From: Terriglobia bacterium
GTDB lineage: Bacteria; Acidobacteriota; Terriglobia; JAJPHL01; JAPKYU01
Length of the DNA: 64,000 bases
NCBI GenBank assembly: GCA_965223005.1
Contig: CBDCVK010000010.1
Coordinates: forward strand, 1,312,001-1,376,000
Reading direction: 5' to 3'
The notes beneath the pieces are model-generated. The model searched no databases. It saw nothing but the letters and a program-made list of their open reading frames with translations, and was not told the origin of the DNA. Below, piece by piece: positions 1 to 12,715 of the stretch. The number at the start of each line of letters is the position of its first letter. The stretch's first letter is position 1. A program made the position numbers and the translations under genes.

Positions 1-2
1 CG

Positions 3-593
3 GGTCATCGCCTCGTAGGCCGCCAAGCGCTCACGCCTCACATGCTCCTGATCATCAGGCCGCTGGACCAGTGCGGTGCCGTCCCAGTCACAGGATCCTT
101 CACGCGCCGGAGGTTGCAGAAACACGTTATAGGTTCTGCCGCACTGAGGGCAGGTACGGCGGCCCGTGAGTCGTTCAATCAATCTACTGTACTCCACCAG
201 CATATGAATGACAATCGGTCCCTGGCGCGCCTCACCCAGCATCTGGTCCAAAGCCCGTGCCTGAGCCACTGTCCTGGGAAAGCCGTCCAGCACCCAGCCG
301 GTTGCGCAATCCTTCTGGGCCAGACGCTCGGCGACCATCGCATTCACCAGTTCGTCGGACACCAGATCCCCGGCTGCCACAATGGCGCTGGCTTGCTGTC
401 CCCTACTGGTGTTCCGCTCCAGTTCGTCGCGCAGCATGTCGCCGGTGGCGAGGTGGGGTACACCCACCCGCTGGGCCACGGCCACGGCCTGAGTTCCCTT
501 GCCCGCCCCCGGCGGACCCAGGAAAACCACTGTCCGACAAGCATTCGGTTGCGACCCGCTGCCGGTCCCCAAACCTGGATCTGGAATCGCCAT
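3..593 (-). CDS. adk: Adenylate kinase (3' end runs off the window)
   Basis: Manual translation from ATG at 593 gives ...VVFLGPPGAGKGTQA (P-loop) and later a CPQC lid motif; directly downstream of secY. Confidence 0.93.
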   Translation of the reverse strand, partial: MAIPDPGLGTGSGSQPNACRTVVFLGPPGAGKGTQAVAVAQRVGVPHLATGDMLRDELERNTSRGQQASAIVAAGDLVSDELVNAMVAERLAQKDCATGWVLDGFPRTVAQARALDQMLGEARQGPIVIHMLVEYSRLIERLTGRRTCPQCGRTYNVFLQPPAREGSCDWDGTALVQRPDDQEHVRRERLAAYEAMT

Positions 594-601
594 GGCTGAG
601 C

Positions 602-2026
602 TCACCCTCGCCGCCCCCGGATCCGCCCGCTCCTGGGTGCAAACCCTTCGTAATGGCGCATGATCAACTGCGCCTCCACTTGGTTGACCGTGTCCATGGC
701 CACCCCGACCACAATCAGCAGCGATGTTCCTCCAAAGTAAAAGGTCACGCCCAGCCCTTGCAGAATTAACGTGTGGAAGTTCTCGTCAAACCACGGGCCG
801 ATCCAGGGCAGGTGGTGAAGTCGGATGCCCCCGATCATGAAATCCGGGATCAGCGAGATCAGCGCCAGATACAGACCCCCCACAAAGGTCAGGTGGGTCA
901 GGATGCGGTTCAGATACTCGGCGGTGTGCTTACCCGGACGGATGCCGGGAATGAAGCCGCCGTATTTGCGCATGTTGTCGGCCACTTCGGTCGGGTTGAA
1001 GATGATGGAGACGTAAAAGTAAGAAAAGAAGAGAATCCCGACGCCGTACAGCAGGGTATACAGCGGCTCGTTCCACTGCATGGCCTCAAACAACCTCGCG
1101 AATCCGCCGACAATCTGCTTGACCATCGGGGATTCGATTTCCCGGGGGTCGACCAAGAGCCCCAAAGTCTGCGGGAAGGCCAGCACCGAGCTGGCAAAGA
1201 TGACCGGGATCACGCCGCCAGTATTGACTTTCAGCGGCATGTGGGTGGACTGCCCACCCATGACGCGGCGCCCGACCACTCGCCGGGCGTACTGTACCGG
1301 AATGCGCCGCTCACCGCGCTCCACCAGAACGATGAAGGCCACGATCATTACCATCACTCCCACTAACACCAGCGCCTGCAGGAGGCTCCACTCCTTGGTC
1401 ACCACCACCTTCTCGAAAAGCTCCAGGATTGCGGACGGCAGGCCAACGACGATGCCAGCAAAGATAATCAGCGACATTCCGTTGCCGATGCCGCGGGCGG
1501 AGATCTGCTCACCCAGCCACATGATGAACGCCGTCCCAGTGGTCAGCGTGATCACGGTCATCACGACAAAGCCGGGGCCAGGGTCGATGACAAAGCCCTG
1601 CGGGGCGCCGGGCGAGGGGCGCTGCAACGTCACGGCGATGCCGAAGGACTGCACCATCGCCAACAGCACCGTCAGGTAGCGCGTATACTGTGTGATCTTG
1701 CGCCGCCCCAGCTCCCCTTCCTTCTGCAGCTTCTCCAGATAAGGCCAGACCACGGTCAGCAGCTGCAGGATAATGGAGGAGGTGATGTAGGGCATGATGC
1801 CCAGGGCAAAGATGGTGAGCCGGCGGAAGTTCCCCCCGCTGAAAACGTCCAGGAAGCCGAAGATGGTGCCGCGATTCTGCTCGAAGAACTGCTCCAGCAT
1901 CTGCCAATTGACGCCCGGCGTAGGAATGTGGGCGCCAATGCGGTAGACGGCCAGCAGCGCCAGGGTGAACAAGACACGCCGCCGCAGCTCGGGAATGATG
2001 AAGATGTTCTGGATTGATCGAAGCAT
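602..2026 (-). CDS. secY: Preprotein translocase SecY
   Basis: IFALGIMPYITSSII, GIGNGMSLIIFAGI and FIPGIRPG motifs; multi-TM; spc operon position. Confidence 0.99.
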   Translation of the reverse strand: MLRSIQNIFIIPELRRRVLFTLALLAVYRIGAHIPTPGVNWQMLEQFFEQNRGTIFGFLDVFSGGNFRRLTIFALGIMPYITSSIILQLLTVVWPYLEKLQKEGELGRRKITQYTRYLTVLLAMVQSFGIAVTLQRPSPGAPQGFVIDPGPGFVVMTVITLTTGTAFIMWLGEQISARGIGNGMSLIIFAGIVVGLPSAILELFEKVVVTKEWSLLQALVLVGVMVMIVAFIVLVERGERRIPVQYARRVVGRRVMGGQSTHMPLKVNTGGVIPVIFASSVLAFPQTLGLLVDPREIESPMVKQIVGGFARLFEAMQWNEPLYTLLYGVGILFFSYFYVSIIFNPTEVADNMRKYGGFIPGIRPGKHTAEYLNRILTHLTFVGGLYLALISLIPDFMIGGIRLHHLPWIGPWFDENFHTLILQGLGVTFYFGGTSLLIVVGVAMDTVNQVEAQLIMRHYEGFAPRSGRIRGRRG

Positions 2027-2041
2027 GCCTTCCGCCCGGGC

Positions 2042-2491
2042 CTACTCTGCCGGAATCACCTCCGCCCGGCCGCCTGCGGCTTCAATCTTCTGCTGGGCAC
2101 TGGCGCTGAAATGGTGCGCGCGGACGATGACTGCGCGCCCAAGCTCTCCCTGGCCCAGCACACGAAGACCGTCGCGGAGCCGACGGATGACGCCGCGCTT
2201 CAGCAATAGATCCGGGGTAATGGTCTCGGCATCTGCCACCCTGCCCAGAGCCTCCAGGTTGATCACTGCAAACCGCTTCTTGAACAGATTGTGAAACCCG
2301 CGCTTCGGCACGCGCCGGTGCAGCGGCATCTGGCCGCCCTCGAAACCCCTCTTCTGGCTGTAGCCGCTGCGCGAGCGCTGCCCCTTCTCGCCCCGGCCAG
2401 CCGTCTTGCCCAGGCCCGATCCCATGCCGCGGCCTACCCGTTTCGGTTTTCGAACCTGCCCCCTGGGCGGCCGCAACTGACTAAGATTCAT
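2042..2491 (-). CDS. rplO: 50S ribosomal protein L15
   Basis: [17 protein letters not shown] and [17 protein letters not shown]. Confidence 0.99.
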   Translation of the reverse strand: MNLSQLRPPRGQVRKPKRVGRGMGSGLGKTAGRGEKGQRSRSGYSQKRGFEGGQMPLHRRVPKRGFHNLFKKRFAVINLEALGRVADAETITPDLLLKRGVIRRLRDGLRVLGQGELGRAVIVRAHHFSASAQQKIEAAGGRAEVIPAE

Positions 2492-2693
2492 GTCCCTGCT
2501 CCAGCACTTCCACCAGATGCTGCACCTTGAAGATCATGCCACGCACGCCGGGCGTATCCGCACGCTCGACCACTTGGTGTAGGCGCCTGAACCCCAGACC
2601 CCGCAAAACTTCCCTCTGCTTCCGCGGACAACCAACGCCGCTGCGGATTTGCCGAATCTGGATCTTGTTGGTTTTCGCCCTCTTCTTAGCCAT
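2481..2693 (-). CDS. rpmD: 50S ribosomal protein L30
   Basis: [24 protein letters not shown]; lies between rpsE and rplO. Confidence 0.96.
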   Translation of the reverse strand: MAKKRAKTNKIQIRQIRSGVGCPRKQREVLRGLGFRRLHQVVERADTPGVRGMIFKVQHLVEVLEQGHES

Positions 2694-2718
2694 TTCCTGT
2701 CATACCAACCCCGCGCCC

Positions 2719-3228
2719 CTACAAATCCTCAACCGCCTTGCCGCGCGCTCGTGCCACTTCCTCGCGGTCCCGTAGTTGGCCTAGCGCATCCATGGTGGCC
2801 TTGATGACGTTATACGGGTTGGCCGAGCGGATGGACTTGGTTAACACGTTGGCAATTCCCGCAGCCTGGATGACCGCGCGCACGGGACCACCGGCAATCA
2901 CTCCGGTGCCTTCCGACGCCGGTTTCAGTAATACCAGCCCCGCACCGAAGCGGCCCAACACCGCGTGGGGAATGGTCGTCTTCACCATGTGCACCTTCGT
3001 CAGGTTCTTCTTGGCAGCCTCGATCCCTTTGCGAATTGCTGCCGGCACCTCGCGGGCTTTACCGGTGCCATAGCCGACAATGTTCTGCTCGGGATCGCCG
3101 ATCACCACCAGAGCGCGAAAACTCAGATTCTTTCCGCCCTTGACCACCTTGGTCACCCGATTGATGGAGACGACCTGGTCTTTCAGGTTCAGCGACGCCG
3201 GGTCGATACGTTTCACGCCAGTCACCAT
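2719..3228 (-). CDS. rpsE: 30S ribosomal protein S5
   Basis: [12 protein letters not shown] and [16 protein letters not shown]; start set at ATG 3228 (ORF is open to 3294). Confidence 0.98.
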   Translation of the reverse strand: MVTGVKRIDPASLNLKDQVVSINRVTKVVKGGKNLSFRALVVIGDPEQNIVGYGTGKAREVPAAIRKGIEAAKKNLTKVHMVKTTIPHAVLGRFGAGLVLLKPASEGTGVIAGGPVRAVIQAAGIANVLTKSIRSANPYNVIKATMDALGQLRDREEVARARGKAVEDL

Positions 3229-3308
3229 CGAATCCGTTTCCTTCCTCAGGAGCCCGCAGCTCCCTGCCTGGGGCGCACCCGCGCCTCCAGACACGGCCGT
3301 GCCACCGT

Positions 3309-3665
3309 TCAGAACGTCAGCCCGGCCTCGCGAGCGGCCTCGGCCAGAGCCTTGACCCGCCCGTGGTATTTGTAGCCGCCGCGATCGAAGACCACTCGGG
3401 CAATGCCCTTGGCAAGCGCCCGCTCGGCTACCAGCTTGCCCACATCCCGTGCGCCGGCAACGTTGCCGCCGTTGCCGCTGCCCTTCTCGAGCGAGCCGGC
3501 AGCCACCAAGGTGTGGCCCCGGCTGTCGTCGACCACCTGCGCGTAGATGTGTTTCAGCGAACGGAACACATTCAGCCGCGGGCGCGCGCTGCTGCCGCGC
3601 AGGCGCTTCCGCAGCCGCTGGTGAACCCTCTCCCGCGCCAGATTCCTGGAAACCCGCTCGATCAT
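3309..3665 (-). CDS. rplR: 50S ribosomal protein L18
   Basis: [16 protein letters not shown] and [17 protein letters not shown]. Confidence 0.99.
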   Translation of the reverse strand: MIERVSRNLARERVHQRLRKRLRGSSARPRLNVFRSLKHIYAQVVDDSRGHTLVAAGSLEKGSGNGGNVAGARDVGKLVAERALAKGIARVVFDRGGYKYHGRVKALAEAAREAGLTF

Positions 3666-3667
3666 CT

Positions 3668-4201
3668 TTACTTCGCGCCTGCTTTGCCTACTTTTTTCTT
3701 CAGCTTCTCTCCAACGTACCGTACACCTTTGTGCTTGTAAGGATCGGGTGGACGCAGGCGGCGGATGTTGGCAGCCACCTGGCCCACTTTCTGCTTGTCA
3801 ATCCCGCTGACAGCCAGCCGGGTTTGGCGCTCCACGGTGAGCTGGACGCCGTCCGGCAGGGGAAACTCGATCGGACGCGAATAGCCCAGGTTGAAGACGA
3901 CCACCCGGTCCTTGACTTCCGCACGATAGCCGATGCCGACAATCTCTAGGTCTTTCTGAAAGCCTGTGCTCACCCCGATGACCGCGTTGGCCAACAGGCT
4001 GCGAGCCAACCCGTGCATGGCGGCGTAGGAGTCGTCCTCGCGCTTCGCCAGCAGCGTCGAATCTTCGAGTTCGAACCGGATTCCTGGAGGCAGCGCCGTG
4101 TTCAGTTCTCCCTTCGGTCCTTCGACTAGGACGCTGCCGGCCTGCACCTGAACCCGCACGCCCTCGGGGATCGGGATGGGTTTGTTTCCTACGCGCGACA
4201 T
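3668..4201 (-). CDS. rplF: 50S ribosomal protein L6
   Basis: MSRVGNKPI start at 4201; [13 protein letters not shown]. Confidence 0.99.
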   Translation of the reverse strand: MSRVGNKPIPIPEGVRVQVQAGSVLVEGPKGELNTALPPGIRFELEDSTLLAKREDDSYAAMHGLARSLLANAVIGVSTGFQKDLEIVGIGYRAEVKDRVVVFNLGYSRPIEFPLPDGVQLTVERQTRLAVSGIDKQKVGQVAANIRRLRPPDPYKHKGVRYVGEKLKKKVGKAGAK

Positions 4202-4262
4202 TGCCCTGTTCCTCGACCACCGGGCCAGGCACGTTTCCTTAGTCCCGTGTCCCGGCTGGCAA

Positions 4263-4661
4263 TTACCAGACTTCGCACAACACTTCTCCGCCGACGCCCT
4301 GATGGCGGGCAGCACGGCCGGTCATCACGCCGCGCGGCGTGGTCAGAATATTGATCCCCATCCCGCCCAAGACCCGCGGCACCTCTCGCCCGCCTACGTA
4401 CACACGCCGACCCGGACGCGAAACCCGCTGGATGGTGGAAATCACCGGTTGGTTCTCCGCGCCGTACTTCAACCGCACCTCCAGTCGCTTGTGCACACCT
4501 TCCTCGATCATCCGATAACCGGTGATGTACCCTTCTTCCTTTAGGACACGGGCCACCTCCAGCTTGAGCCCGGAGGCCGGCACCTCCACAGACTTGTGCC
4601 TGGACTGCAGCCCGTTGCGGATCCGCGTCAGGAAATCCCCAATGGAATCAGTTTGGCTCAT
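4263..4661 (-). CDS. rpsH: 30S ribosomal protein S8
   Basis: DFLTRIRN, SRPGRRVY and GGEVLCEVW. Confidence 0.99.
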   Translation of the reverse strand: MSQTDSIGDFLTRIRNGLQSRHKSVEVPASGLKLEVARVLKEEGYITGYRMIEEGVHKRLEVRLKYGAENQPVISTIQRVSRPGRRVYVGGREVPRVLGGMGINILTTPRGVMTGRAARHQGVGGEVLCEVW

Positions 4662-4667
4662 ACTCTT

Positions 4668-4853
4668 TTACCAGCTCGATTTGGCCACCCCGGGAATCTC
4701 GCCCTGGAGGGCGAGACTGCGAAAGTGCAGCCTGCAAATCTGGAACTTCCGCAGGTAGCCGCGGGGGCGGCCGCACAAGCGGCACCGGTTGCGGTGCCGC
4801 GTCCGGAACTTCGGTTTCCTCAGGTCCTTTGAGATCTTGGCGGTGGTTGCCAT
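4668..4853 (-). CDS. rpsN: 30S ribosomal protein S14, short Zn-binding type
   Basis: 61 aa; [11 protein letters not shown]...CRLHFR; KSSW C-terminus. Confidence 0.98.
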   Translation of the reverse strand: MATTAKISKDLRKPKFRTRHRNRCRLCGRPRGYLRKFQICRLHFRSLALQGEIPGVAKSSW

Positions 4854-4876
4854 TTTGTGTCCTCGGCCATCTCGAT

Positions 4877-5422
4877 TCAGCTACTGCGAAACGGCATGCC
4901 CATGTGACGCAGCAGCGCCCGTCCTTCTTCGTCGCTGCGCGCGGTGGTCACAATGGTGACGTTCATCCCTCTGATTTTGTCCACCTTGGCGTAGTCAATT
5001 TCGGGGAAGACAAGCTGGTCCTGGAGCCCCAGAGTGTAGTTTCCCCGCCCATCAAAGGAGCGCATGGACACGCCTCGAAAGTCGCGGACGCGGGGCAGGG
5101 CGACGTTCACCAGCCGGTCGAGGAACTCGTACATGCGATCGCCGCGCAGCGTCACGGAGGCGCCGATGGGCATGCCGGCTCGCAGGCGGAATGTGGCGAT
5201 GGACTTTCTGGCCCTTGTCACGATTGGTTTCTGGCCCGTGATCTGCTTCAGTTCTACCGACGCACCGTCCAGCAGCTTGATGTTCTGAGTTGCTTCGCCG
5301 ACCCCCACATTCACCACGATCTTTTCCAGTCGCGGGACTGCCATCGAGTTCGTGTAGTTGAACTCCTTTTGCAGCGCCGGGATGACCTGCTTCTGGAACC
5401 GCTGTTTAAGTCTGCTGGGCAT
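4877..5422 (-). CDS. rplE: 50S ribosomal protein L5
   Basis: ITGQKP and LPRVRDFRG...FDGRGNY. Confidence 0.99.
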   Translation of the reverse strand: MPSRLKQRFQKQVIPALQKEFNYTNSMAVPRLEKIVVNVGVGEATQNIKLLDGASVELKQITGQKPIVTRARKSIATFRLRAGMPIGASVTLRGDRMYEFLDRLVNVALPRVRDFRGVSMRSFDGRGNYTLGLQDQLVFPEIDYAKVDKIRGMNVTIVTTARSDEEGRALLRHMGMPFRSS

Positions 5423-5434
5423 TGGGCTCAGCCT

Positions 5435-5773
5435 CTATTTCTCCATGACGGTGGCGCACTTGCGGCAGATGCGTACGGCGCGCAGCCGCCGCCCCTGCTG
5501 GTCCCGCTCCTCGCGGAATCCGACTCGACGCGGGGCATTGCAGGTAGGACACACCAGTTGCACATTGGAGATGGCAATGGAAGCCTCCCGCTCGGCAATC
5601 CCGCCCTTGATCTGTTTAGCGGGATTGGGCCGCGTATGCTTCTTCACCATCATGACATGCTCCACCAGCACCCGGTGCTTATCGGGGAGGATCTGCAGCA
5701 CGCGGCCGACCTTGCCTTTGTCGCGTCCGCTGATGACCTTCACCGTGTCCTCCCTGCGGATAATGGCCGGCAT
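5435..5773 (-). CDS. rplX: 50S ribosomal protein L24
   Basis: KOW-like DTVKVISGRDKGKVG; SNVQLV. Confidence 0.98.
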   Translation of the reverse strand: MPAIIRREDTVKVISGRDKGKVGRVLQILPDKHRVLVEHVMMVKKHTRPNPAKQIKGGIAEREASIAISNVQLVCPTCNAPRRVGFREERDQQGRRLRAVRICRKCATVMEK

Positions 5774-6141
5774 CAGAGCACCTCCGGCGCCAGCGAAACA
5801 ATCTTGGCAAACTTCTTCTCGCGGAGCTCGCGGGCCACCGGCCCGAAAACGCGCGTGCCAATCGGCTCATGAACATCGTTGATCAGCACCGCTGCGTTCT
5901 CGTCAAAGCGGATGTAGGTGCCATCCCGGCGGCGATGTTCCTTGCGCATGCGCACCACCACAGCTTTAACGACGCTGCCCTTCTTGATATTGCTAGCCGG
6001 GGCCGCCTCTTTCACCGATGCCGTAATCACCTCTCCCAGCCCGGCCCGGCTGCCCACGGATCCTCCCAAGGGCAAGATGCAAGAGATTCTCCGTGCGCCG
6101 GAATTGTCGGCCACCTGAAGCATGGTTCGCATGCCGATCAT
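5773..6141 (-). CDS. rplN: 50S ribosomal protein L14
   Basis: [20 protein letters not shown] and SLAPEVL. Confidence 0.99.
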   Translation of the reverse strand: MIGMRTMLQVADNSGARRISCILPLGGSVGSRAGLGEVITASVKEAAPASNIKKGSVVKAVVVRMRKEHRRRDGTYIRFDENAAVLINDVHEPIGTRVFGPVARELREKKFAKIVSLAPEVL

Positions 6142-6527
6142 TGCTCAGATTCCTCTGCGGCCGGCTCCGGGATTTCGGGGCCAACCGGCAGCTCGGCCGG
6201 CTCAACTAAGCCCACTCCCCTGGCTCGCCTCAGCACCTCAGCCAGCCGCCAGCGCTTCAGGCGGCTGAGCGGTCGCGATTCGACGATCCGCACCACGTCC
6301 CCTACCTGGCACTGGTTTCGCTCATCGTGGGCGTAAAACTTCTTCTTACGCTGAACGACGCGCCGGTACAGCGGGTGTGGCACGCGGCGGCTGACTTCAA
6401 CCACAATGGTCTTGTCCATCCGGGAGCTGACCACCCGGCCAATCTTTTCCTGTCGCGTCTTGTTCTTGCCAACTGTCTGGCCTTTCCCAACTGCCTGCTC
6501 AGGTGGTGGTTGCCTCTGTTCTGACAT
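6138..6527 (-). CDS. rpsQ: 30S ribosomal protein S17 with N- and C-terminal extensions
   Basis: [18 protein letters not shown] and [13 protein letters not shown]. Confidence 0.98.
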   Translation of the reverse strand: MSEQRQPPPEQAVGKGQTVGKNKTRQEKIGRVVSSRMDKTIVVEVSRRVPHPLYRRVVQRKKKFYAHDERNQCQVGDVVRIVESRPLSRLKRWRLAEVLRRARGVGLVEPAELPVGPEIPEPAAEESEQ

Positions 6528-6536
6528 GGTTGATAC

Positions 6537-6740
6537 TCAGCGTTCCTGCGCCTGCAACTCGCGCTGCCGCAGCAGCGTCTTGACCCGGGCCAGGTCCTTC
6601 TTCACGGCGCGCAGTTTGCGCAGTCCCTCGGCCTGGCCGGTGGCTGCCTGAAAGCGTAGGCGGAAAATCTGTTCGGCCATCTCGCGCTCCTGCAAGCGCA
6701 ACTCGTCGGAGGAAAGTTCGTGCAATCGGCGCCCCTTCAT
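6537..6740 (-). CDS. rpmC: 50S ribosomal protein L29
   Basis: [11 protein letters not shown] and KKDLARVKT; operon position. Confidence 0.97.
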   Translation of the reverse strand: MKGRRLHELSSDELRLQEREMAEQIFRLRFQAATGQAEGLRKLRAVKKDLARVKTLLRQRELQAQER

Positions 6741-7180
6741 GGACCGGCCCCGGCGGCCGTTCCGGCGCTGCGGTCGGGCCGCGATACGAACTTCGTCAGG
6801 ATCGGCAACTTGTGGGCGGCCAGCCGCATCGCTTCGCGCGCGGTCGCCTCCGGCACGCCCTCCATCTCAAACAGGATTCGGCCTGGCTTCACTACGGCCA
6901 CCCAGTGGTCGGGATTGCCTTTGCCCTTGCCCATGCGGGTCTCCGCCGGCTTGCGAGTGACCGGCTTATCGGGGAACAGGCGGGGCCAGATCTTGCCGCC
7001 ACGTTTGATGAAGTGAGTCATGGCTACGCGCGACGCTTCGATCTGCCGGTCGGTGATCCATGCTGGCTCCAGCGCCTTCAGACCGTAATCGCCAAAGGAG
7101 AGCTCGCCGCCCCGCCACGCTTTGCCCGTCATTCGCCCGCGTTGCTGCTTGCGGTATTTCACCTTCTTGGGCATCAACAT
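6737..7180 (-). CDS. rplP: 50S ribosomal protein L16
   Basis: [16 protein letters not shown] and ETRMGKGKG. Confidence 0.99.
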   Translation of the reverse strand: MLMPKKVKYRKQQRGRMTGKAWRGGELSFGDYGLKALEPAWITDRQIEASRVAMTHFIKRGGKIWPRLFPDKPVTRKPAETRMGKGKGNPDHWVAVVKPGRILFEMEGVPEATAREAMRLAAHKLPILTKFVSRPDRSAGTAAGAGP

Positions 7181-7198
7181 CGTTTCTTCCCTGTTCTG

Positions 7199-7864
7199 CT
7201 AGGAAGCGCGCACACCCAGCTGCCCCTGGCGCGCCCGGGCATCCAGAATCTCTCCCTTGTAGATCCAGACCTTGACTCCGATCACGCCGTAGGTGGTGTA
7301 GGCCTGGGCAAACCCGTACTCGATATCGGCGCGCAGCGTGTGCAGAGGCAGTTGTCCCTGCAGGTACCACTCGGTACGAGCGATCTCTGCGCCGTTCAAC
7401 CTCCCGGAGACCCGCACCTTGATTCCCTTACACCCAAAGCGGAGCGCCGAATCCACTGATTTGCGCATTGCCCGCCGAAAGGCCACCCGTTTCTCCAGTT
7501 GCAGCGCGACGGACCCGCTGACCAGTTGCGCGTCCAGCTCCGGCTTGGGAACCTCCTGGATGTCAATGTAGATCTCGCGCTGGGTGCGCTTCTGAACTTC
7601 CTGCTTCAACTTGTCAATCTCGGCGCCCTTGCGTCCAATGATGATGCCGGGCCGCGCGGTGCGGATGGTGATGCGCAGCTTGTTGCCGGGCCGGTCCACC
7701 TCAATCGAGCTAACCCCCGCAGATCTCGTACGATCTTTCAAGACCTCCTTCAGCTTCAGGTCTTCGTGCAGCAGGTTGGCGTAATCCTGCTTGGCGAACC
7801 ACCGCGAGCGCCACGGCTTGGTGAACCTCAGCCGAAATCCGTAAGGGTGAACCTTCTGTCCCAT
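7199..7864 (-). CDS. rpsC: 30S ribosomal protein S3
   Basis: [25 protein letters not shown] and PLHTLRADI. Confidence 0.99.
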   Translation of the reverse strand: MGQKVHPYGFRLRFTKPWRSRWFAKQDYANLLHEDLKLKEVLKDRTRSAGVSSIEVDRPGNKLRITIRTARPGIIIGRKGAEIDKLKQEVQKRTQREIYIDIQEVPKPELDAQLVSGSVALQLEKRVAFRRAMRKSVDSALRFGCKGIKVRVSGRLNGAEIARTEWYLQGQLPLHTLRADIEYGFAQAYTTYGVIGVKVWIYKGEILDARARQGQLGVRAS

Positions 7865-7877
7865 TGTTCCTCTCTCC

Positions 7878-8222
7878 CTACTGCTTCTGGGCGACGTGGA
7901 CCACCAGGTGGGCCAAGCGCCGCTGGTAGCGGAAGGCCCGCCCCATGGGAGCCGCTCGGATCCGCTTCATGCGGGGCCCCTCGTTCACATAAGCCCGACT
8001 GACGTAGAGCGCATCCACGTCCACGTCCACGTCCTCCGATTTGTTCTCGGCGTTATGGATGGCCGAGCGCAGCACTTTTTCCACCTCATGCGCGACGCGC
8101 TTCTTGGTGAACCGCAGCACATCGAGGGCTTTGCCCGCCGGTAGGCCGCGGATCAGATCCACCACCAGTCGCGCCTTCTGCGGCGAGCAGCGAATGTACT
8201 TTGCTTCAGCCCTGGCTTCCAT
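7878..8222 (-). CDS. rplV: 50S ribosomal protein L22
   Basis: [14 protein letters not shown] and VNEGPRMKR; start at ATG 8222 (or GTG 8225). Confidence 0.98.
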   Translation of the reverse strand: MEARAEAKYIRCSPQKARLVVDLIRGLPAGKALDVLRFTKKRVAHEVEKVLRSAIHNAENKSEDVDVDVDALYVSRAYVNEGPRMKRIRAAPMGRAFRYQRRLAHLVVHVAQKQ

Positions 8223-8312
8223 CACCTGCTCCTGTTGCCCCAGGCGGCGAGCCGTTCCGGCCTCTCCGGTGCATCATCCACTTCCTGGACAGGTACAAAC
8301 GCGCCTTCCACG

Positions 8313-8609
8313 TCACGCCCTGGGCGCCGGAGCGGTCGCCCTTTCGGCTACCTTCACTGCGTGCCCGCGGAATGTGCGGGTGGGGGAGAACTCGCCCAGC
8401 TTGTGCCCGACCATGTTCTCGGTGACATACACCGGAATGAACTTCCTCCCCTGATGAATGCCGATGGTGTGCCCCACGAATTCGGGAATCACAGTGGAAC
8501 GCCGCGACCAAGTGCGTACTACCTTCTTCTCATTGCGCCGGTTCAGCACCTCGATCTTGCGCTGAAGGTGCTCATCCACAAACGGTCCTTTTTTCAACGA
8601 ACGGCTCAT
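8313..8609 (-). CDS. rpsS: 30S ribosomal protein S19
   Basis: [10 protein letters not shown] and [13 protein letters not shown]. Confidence 0.99.
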   Translation of the reverse strand: MSRSLKKGPFVDEHLQRKIEVLNRRNEKKVVRTWSRRSTVIPEFVGHTIGIHQGRKFIPVYVTENMVGHKLGEFSPTRTFRGHAVKVAERATAPAPRA

Positions 8610-8618
8610 TGTGCCCGC

Positions 8619-9446
8619 CTATTTTTTCCTCCGCCGCGTCACGATCCAGCGGCCTGTCCGCTTGTTGCGACGCGTCTTGTACCCGCGCGTCGGTTGCCCC
8701 CAGGGGGTGACTGGGTGGCGTCCGCCGGAGCTCTTTCCCTCGCCACCGCCATGGGGATGGTCCACCGGGTTCATGACCACGCCGCGGTTGTGCGGACGGC
8801 GGCCCAGCCAGCGGTTCCGCCCGGCCTTGCCCAGCGAGATGCCCTCGTGGTCCAGGTTCCCCACCTGTCCGATGGTGGCGTAGCATTCGGCCGGCACCTT
8901 GCGTATTTCTCCGGAAGGCAGCTTTAGCAGCGCGTAGTCGCCTTCTTTGGACAGCAGTTGGGCCGACGCGCCCGCGCTGCGCGCCATCTGCCCGCCCTTT
9001 CCCGGCCGCAGCTCGATATTGTGCACCGTGGTGCCGGGCGGGATCGAGAGCATCGGCAGGGCGTTGCCCGTCAGAATATCGGCCTCCGGCCCACTCATCA
9101 CCGTGCTGCCGACCGTCAGGCCCACTGGATGCAGAATGTAGCGCTTCTCGCCATCGCGATAATGCAGCAGCGCAATGCGCGCGGAGCGATTCGGGTCATA
9201 TTCAACCGAGGCCACCTTGGCCGGAACGCCGAGCTTCTCGCGGCGAAAATCAATCAGGCGCAGCTTCCGTTTGTGGCCTCCGCCGCGAAACCACATCGTG
9301 ATCTGGCCCCGATTGTTGCGCCCGCCGCTTTTCCTCAACGGCTCAGTCAGTGACTTCAGCGGTCTCTCCGCTGTAATCTCCTCTCGGGTCAGAGCGGTCT
9401 GAAACCGCCGGGTGGCAGTCGTTGGCCTGTATTTTTTGATGCCCAT
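8619..9446 (-). CDS. rplB: 50S ribosomal protein L2
   Basis: [12 protein letters not shown] and [13 protein letters not shown]. Confidence 0.99.
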   Translation of the reverse strand: MGIKKYRPTTATRRFQTALTREEITAERPLKSLTEPLRKSGGRNNRGQITMWFRGGGHKRKLRLIDFRREKLGVPAKVASVEYDPNRSARIALLHYRDGEKRYILHPVGLTVGSTVMSGPEADILTGNALPMLSIPPGTTVHNIELRPGKGGQMARSAGASAQLLSKEGDYALLKLPSGEIRKVPAECYATIGQVGNLDHEGISLGKAGRNRWLGRRPHNRGVVMNPVDHPHGGGEGKSSGGRHPVTPWGQPTRGYKTRRNKRTGRWIVTRRRKK

Positions 9447-9465
9447 CGTGCTTCCTGCGCCGACC

Positions 9466-9759
9466 TTAGCCGGCTTCGGCGAAGTCCACCATCTTCTCGC
9501 CTTCTTTCAGCCGCACGTACGCCTTTTTCCAGTCGCGGCGATAGCCGGCGAAGCGCCCCCGCCGCCGCTGCTTGCCAGGGAAATTCGCTGTCTGCACTGA
9601 GGAGACCTTCACCTTGAAGATCTTCTGCACGGCCTGCTTGATTTCTGTCTTGGTGGCGTCCACCTGCACCTCGAAACACAGCGTTCGCTTGTCCTGCTTT
9701 TGGTCCACCGCCTTTTCGGTGATCAGCGGCCGCCTCAGAATCTGCCAGACCTCTTTCAC
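9466..9759 (-). CDS. rplW: 50S ribosomal protein L23
   Basis: [14 protein letters not shown] and WKKAYVRL; GTG start overlaps the rplD stop (GTGA). Confidence 0.97.
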   Translation of the reverse strand: MKEVWQILRRPLITEKAVDQKQDKRTLCFEVQVDATKTEIKQAVQKIFKVKVSSVQTANFPGKQRRRGRFAGYRRDWKKAYVRLKEGEKMVDFAEAG

Positions 9760-10382
9760 GGTTTCAGCGCCTCCTGGAGGCGGCTGACCGCCGGCTGGGA
9801 GATCCAAACCTGCTCCGAGCGCAGCAGGTCGTAGGGATGCACCTCTCGCGCCAGTCGGAACTGCACATTCTCAAGGTTCCGGCTGGAAAGATCCAGGTTG
9901 CGATCCTGCGTGGTGTCCACCAGCAACAGCGTGCGGTCCACCTCAAAGCGTTCCAGCAGGCGGCAGAAGTCCCGGGTCTTGTGAGAATCAACCCGCAGTT
10001 CGTCGAGCACGGTCAGCTTCCGCGCCGCCAGCTTCACCGACAGCGCCGAGCGCAGCGCCCCCAGCAGCATCTTCTTCGGCAGCCGGTAAGAGTAGTCACG
10101 CGGCTTCGGCCCGTGCACCGTACCACCATGCCGCCACAAGGGCGAGCGGATGCTCCCGATCCGAGCCCGCCCGGTGCCCTTCTGCCGCCACGGTTTCTTG
10201 CCGCTGCCGGAAACCTCGGCTCGCGTCTTGCTCTTATGGGTGCCGCGCCGCAGGCCGGCCAGATGGTGGTGGACCGCCTGGTACAGCAAGGCCGGATTTG
10301 GCCGTACCGCGAACACTTCCTCGGCCAGATCCACTTCGCCGACCTTCTCCCGCTTTAGATTGAGTACCTCTATTCTAGGCAT
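9756..10382 (-). CDS. rplD: 50S ribosomal protein L4
   Basis: KPWRQKGTGRARIGSIRSPLWRHGG. Confidence 0.99.
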   Translation of the reverse strand: MPRIEVLNLKREKVGEVDLAEEVFAVRPNPALLYQAVHHHLAGLRRGTHKSKTRAEVSGSGKKPWRQKGTGRARIGSIRSPLWRHGGTVHGPKPRDYSYRLPKKMLLGALRSALSVKLAARKLTVLDELRVDSHKTRDFCRLLERFEVDRTLLLVDTTQDRNLDLSSRNLENVQFRLAREVHPYDLLRSEQVWISQPAVSRLQEALKP

Positions 10383-10396
10383 CCCCGGACCTCTGT

Positions 10397-11059
10397 CTAA
10401 CTACCAGAAGAAGCCTCCTTGGTAGAAACGGCCCTGCTGCGACGGACCATGACGTAGCCTCCGTCGGGTCCCGGAACGGCGCCCCGCACCACAAGCAGAT
10501 CGTCGTCCACGTCCACCTGAACCACTTCCAGGTTCCGCACCGTCACTCGGGCGTGGCCCATCTGCCCTGCCATGCGCGTCCCTTTCCAGACCCGCGAAGG
10601 GTAGGAGGAGGCGCCAATGGAACCCGGCGCGCGATGGAACATCGAGCCGTGGCTGGCATCTCCGCCGCGGAAGTGGTGCCGTTTGACGAAGCCCGCAAAG
10701 CCCCGGCCTTTGCTCACCCCGATGACGTCCACCTTGTCGCTGAGCTGGAACAACTCCACGGTGATGCGGTCGCCCACTTTGGTCTGCTGGTCATCCGAGG
10801 CCAGGGGAAACTCCCGCAGAATCCGCGCCGGCTCCACCCCGGCCTTGCGGAAATGGCCCGCGCGCGGTCGGTTCACCCGCTGCGGCTTGACGAATTCCAC
10901 CAGCCCAAGCTGCGCCGCCTCATAGCCGTCCCTGGCCGCCGTCTTCTTTTGAACCACCACGCAGGGGCCAGCCTTCAATACCGTCACCGGCACCACTTGT
11001 CCGTCGGGTGCAAAGATCTGCGTCATTCCCATCTTCTTGCCAATGATGCCTGTGACCAT
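10397..11059 (-). CDS. rplC: 50S ribosomal protein L3
   Basis: [10 protein letters not shown] and HRAPGSIG. Confidence 0.99.
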   Translation of the reverse strand: MVTGIIGKKMGMTQIFAPDGQVVPVTVLKAGPCVVVQKKTAARDGYEAAQLGLVEFVKPQRVNRPRAGHFRKAGVEPARILREFPLASDDQQTKVGDRITVELFQLSDKVDVIGVSKGRGFAGFVKRHHFRGGDASHGSMFHRAPGSIGASSYPSRVWKGTRMAGQMGHARVTVRNLEVVQVDVDDDLLVVRGAVPGPDGGYVMVRRSRAVSTKEASSGS

Positions 11060-11115
11060 ACTGATCGCTCCGGCCTGACCGCTCCGGCTACCGGCGAGGC
11101 TCCCTTGTAGAACTC

Positions 11116-11442
11116 CTACTTATGGTCCTTGCCGAACGTCTTGATTTCCACATCCACCCCGGCTGGCAGGTCCAGCTTCATCAGGGCCTCAACGGTTTGC
11201 GGCGTGGGCTCCAGGATGTCCAGCAGCCGCTTGTGGGTGCGAATTTCGAACTGCTCCCTCGATTTCTTGTCGACGTGCGGGGAGCGCAGCACGCAATACT
11301 TGTTCCTCAGGGTGGGCAGCGGGATCGGCCCCGCCACCTGGGCGCCGGTGCGCTTGGCCGTGTCCACGATCTCGCTGGTGGACTGGTCCAGGACGCGGTG
11401 ATCGTAAGCCTTCAGACGAATGCGAATCCGTTCCTGTGCCAT
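11116..11442 (-). CDS. rpsJ: 30S ribosomal protein S10
   Basis: [17 protein letters not shown] and [13 protein letters not shown]. Confidence 0.99.
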   Translation of the reverse strand: MAQERIRIRLKAYDHRVLDQSTSEIVDTAKRTGAQVAGPIPLPTLRNKYCVLRSPHVDKKSREQFEIRTHKRLLDILEPTPQTVEALMKLDLPAGVDVEIKTFGKDHK

Positions 11443-11446
11443 TCAG

Positions 11447-12634
<1,188 letters not shown>

Positions 12635-12715
12635 CGTCGCCTCGACTCCTCTGCGTTGTCTTAAACCTCGTTGGCCCGCACATGGCCAGCGCCCGCCGGG
12701 TTCGCTCCTGCGGCC

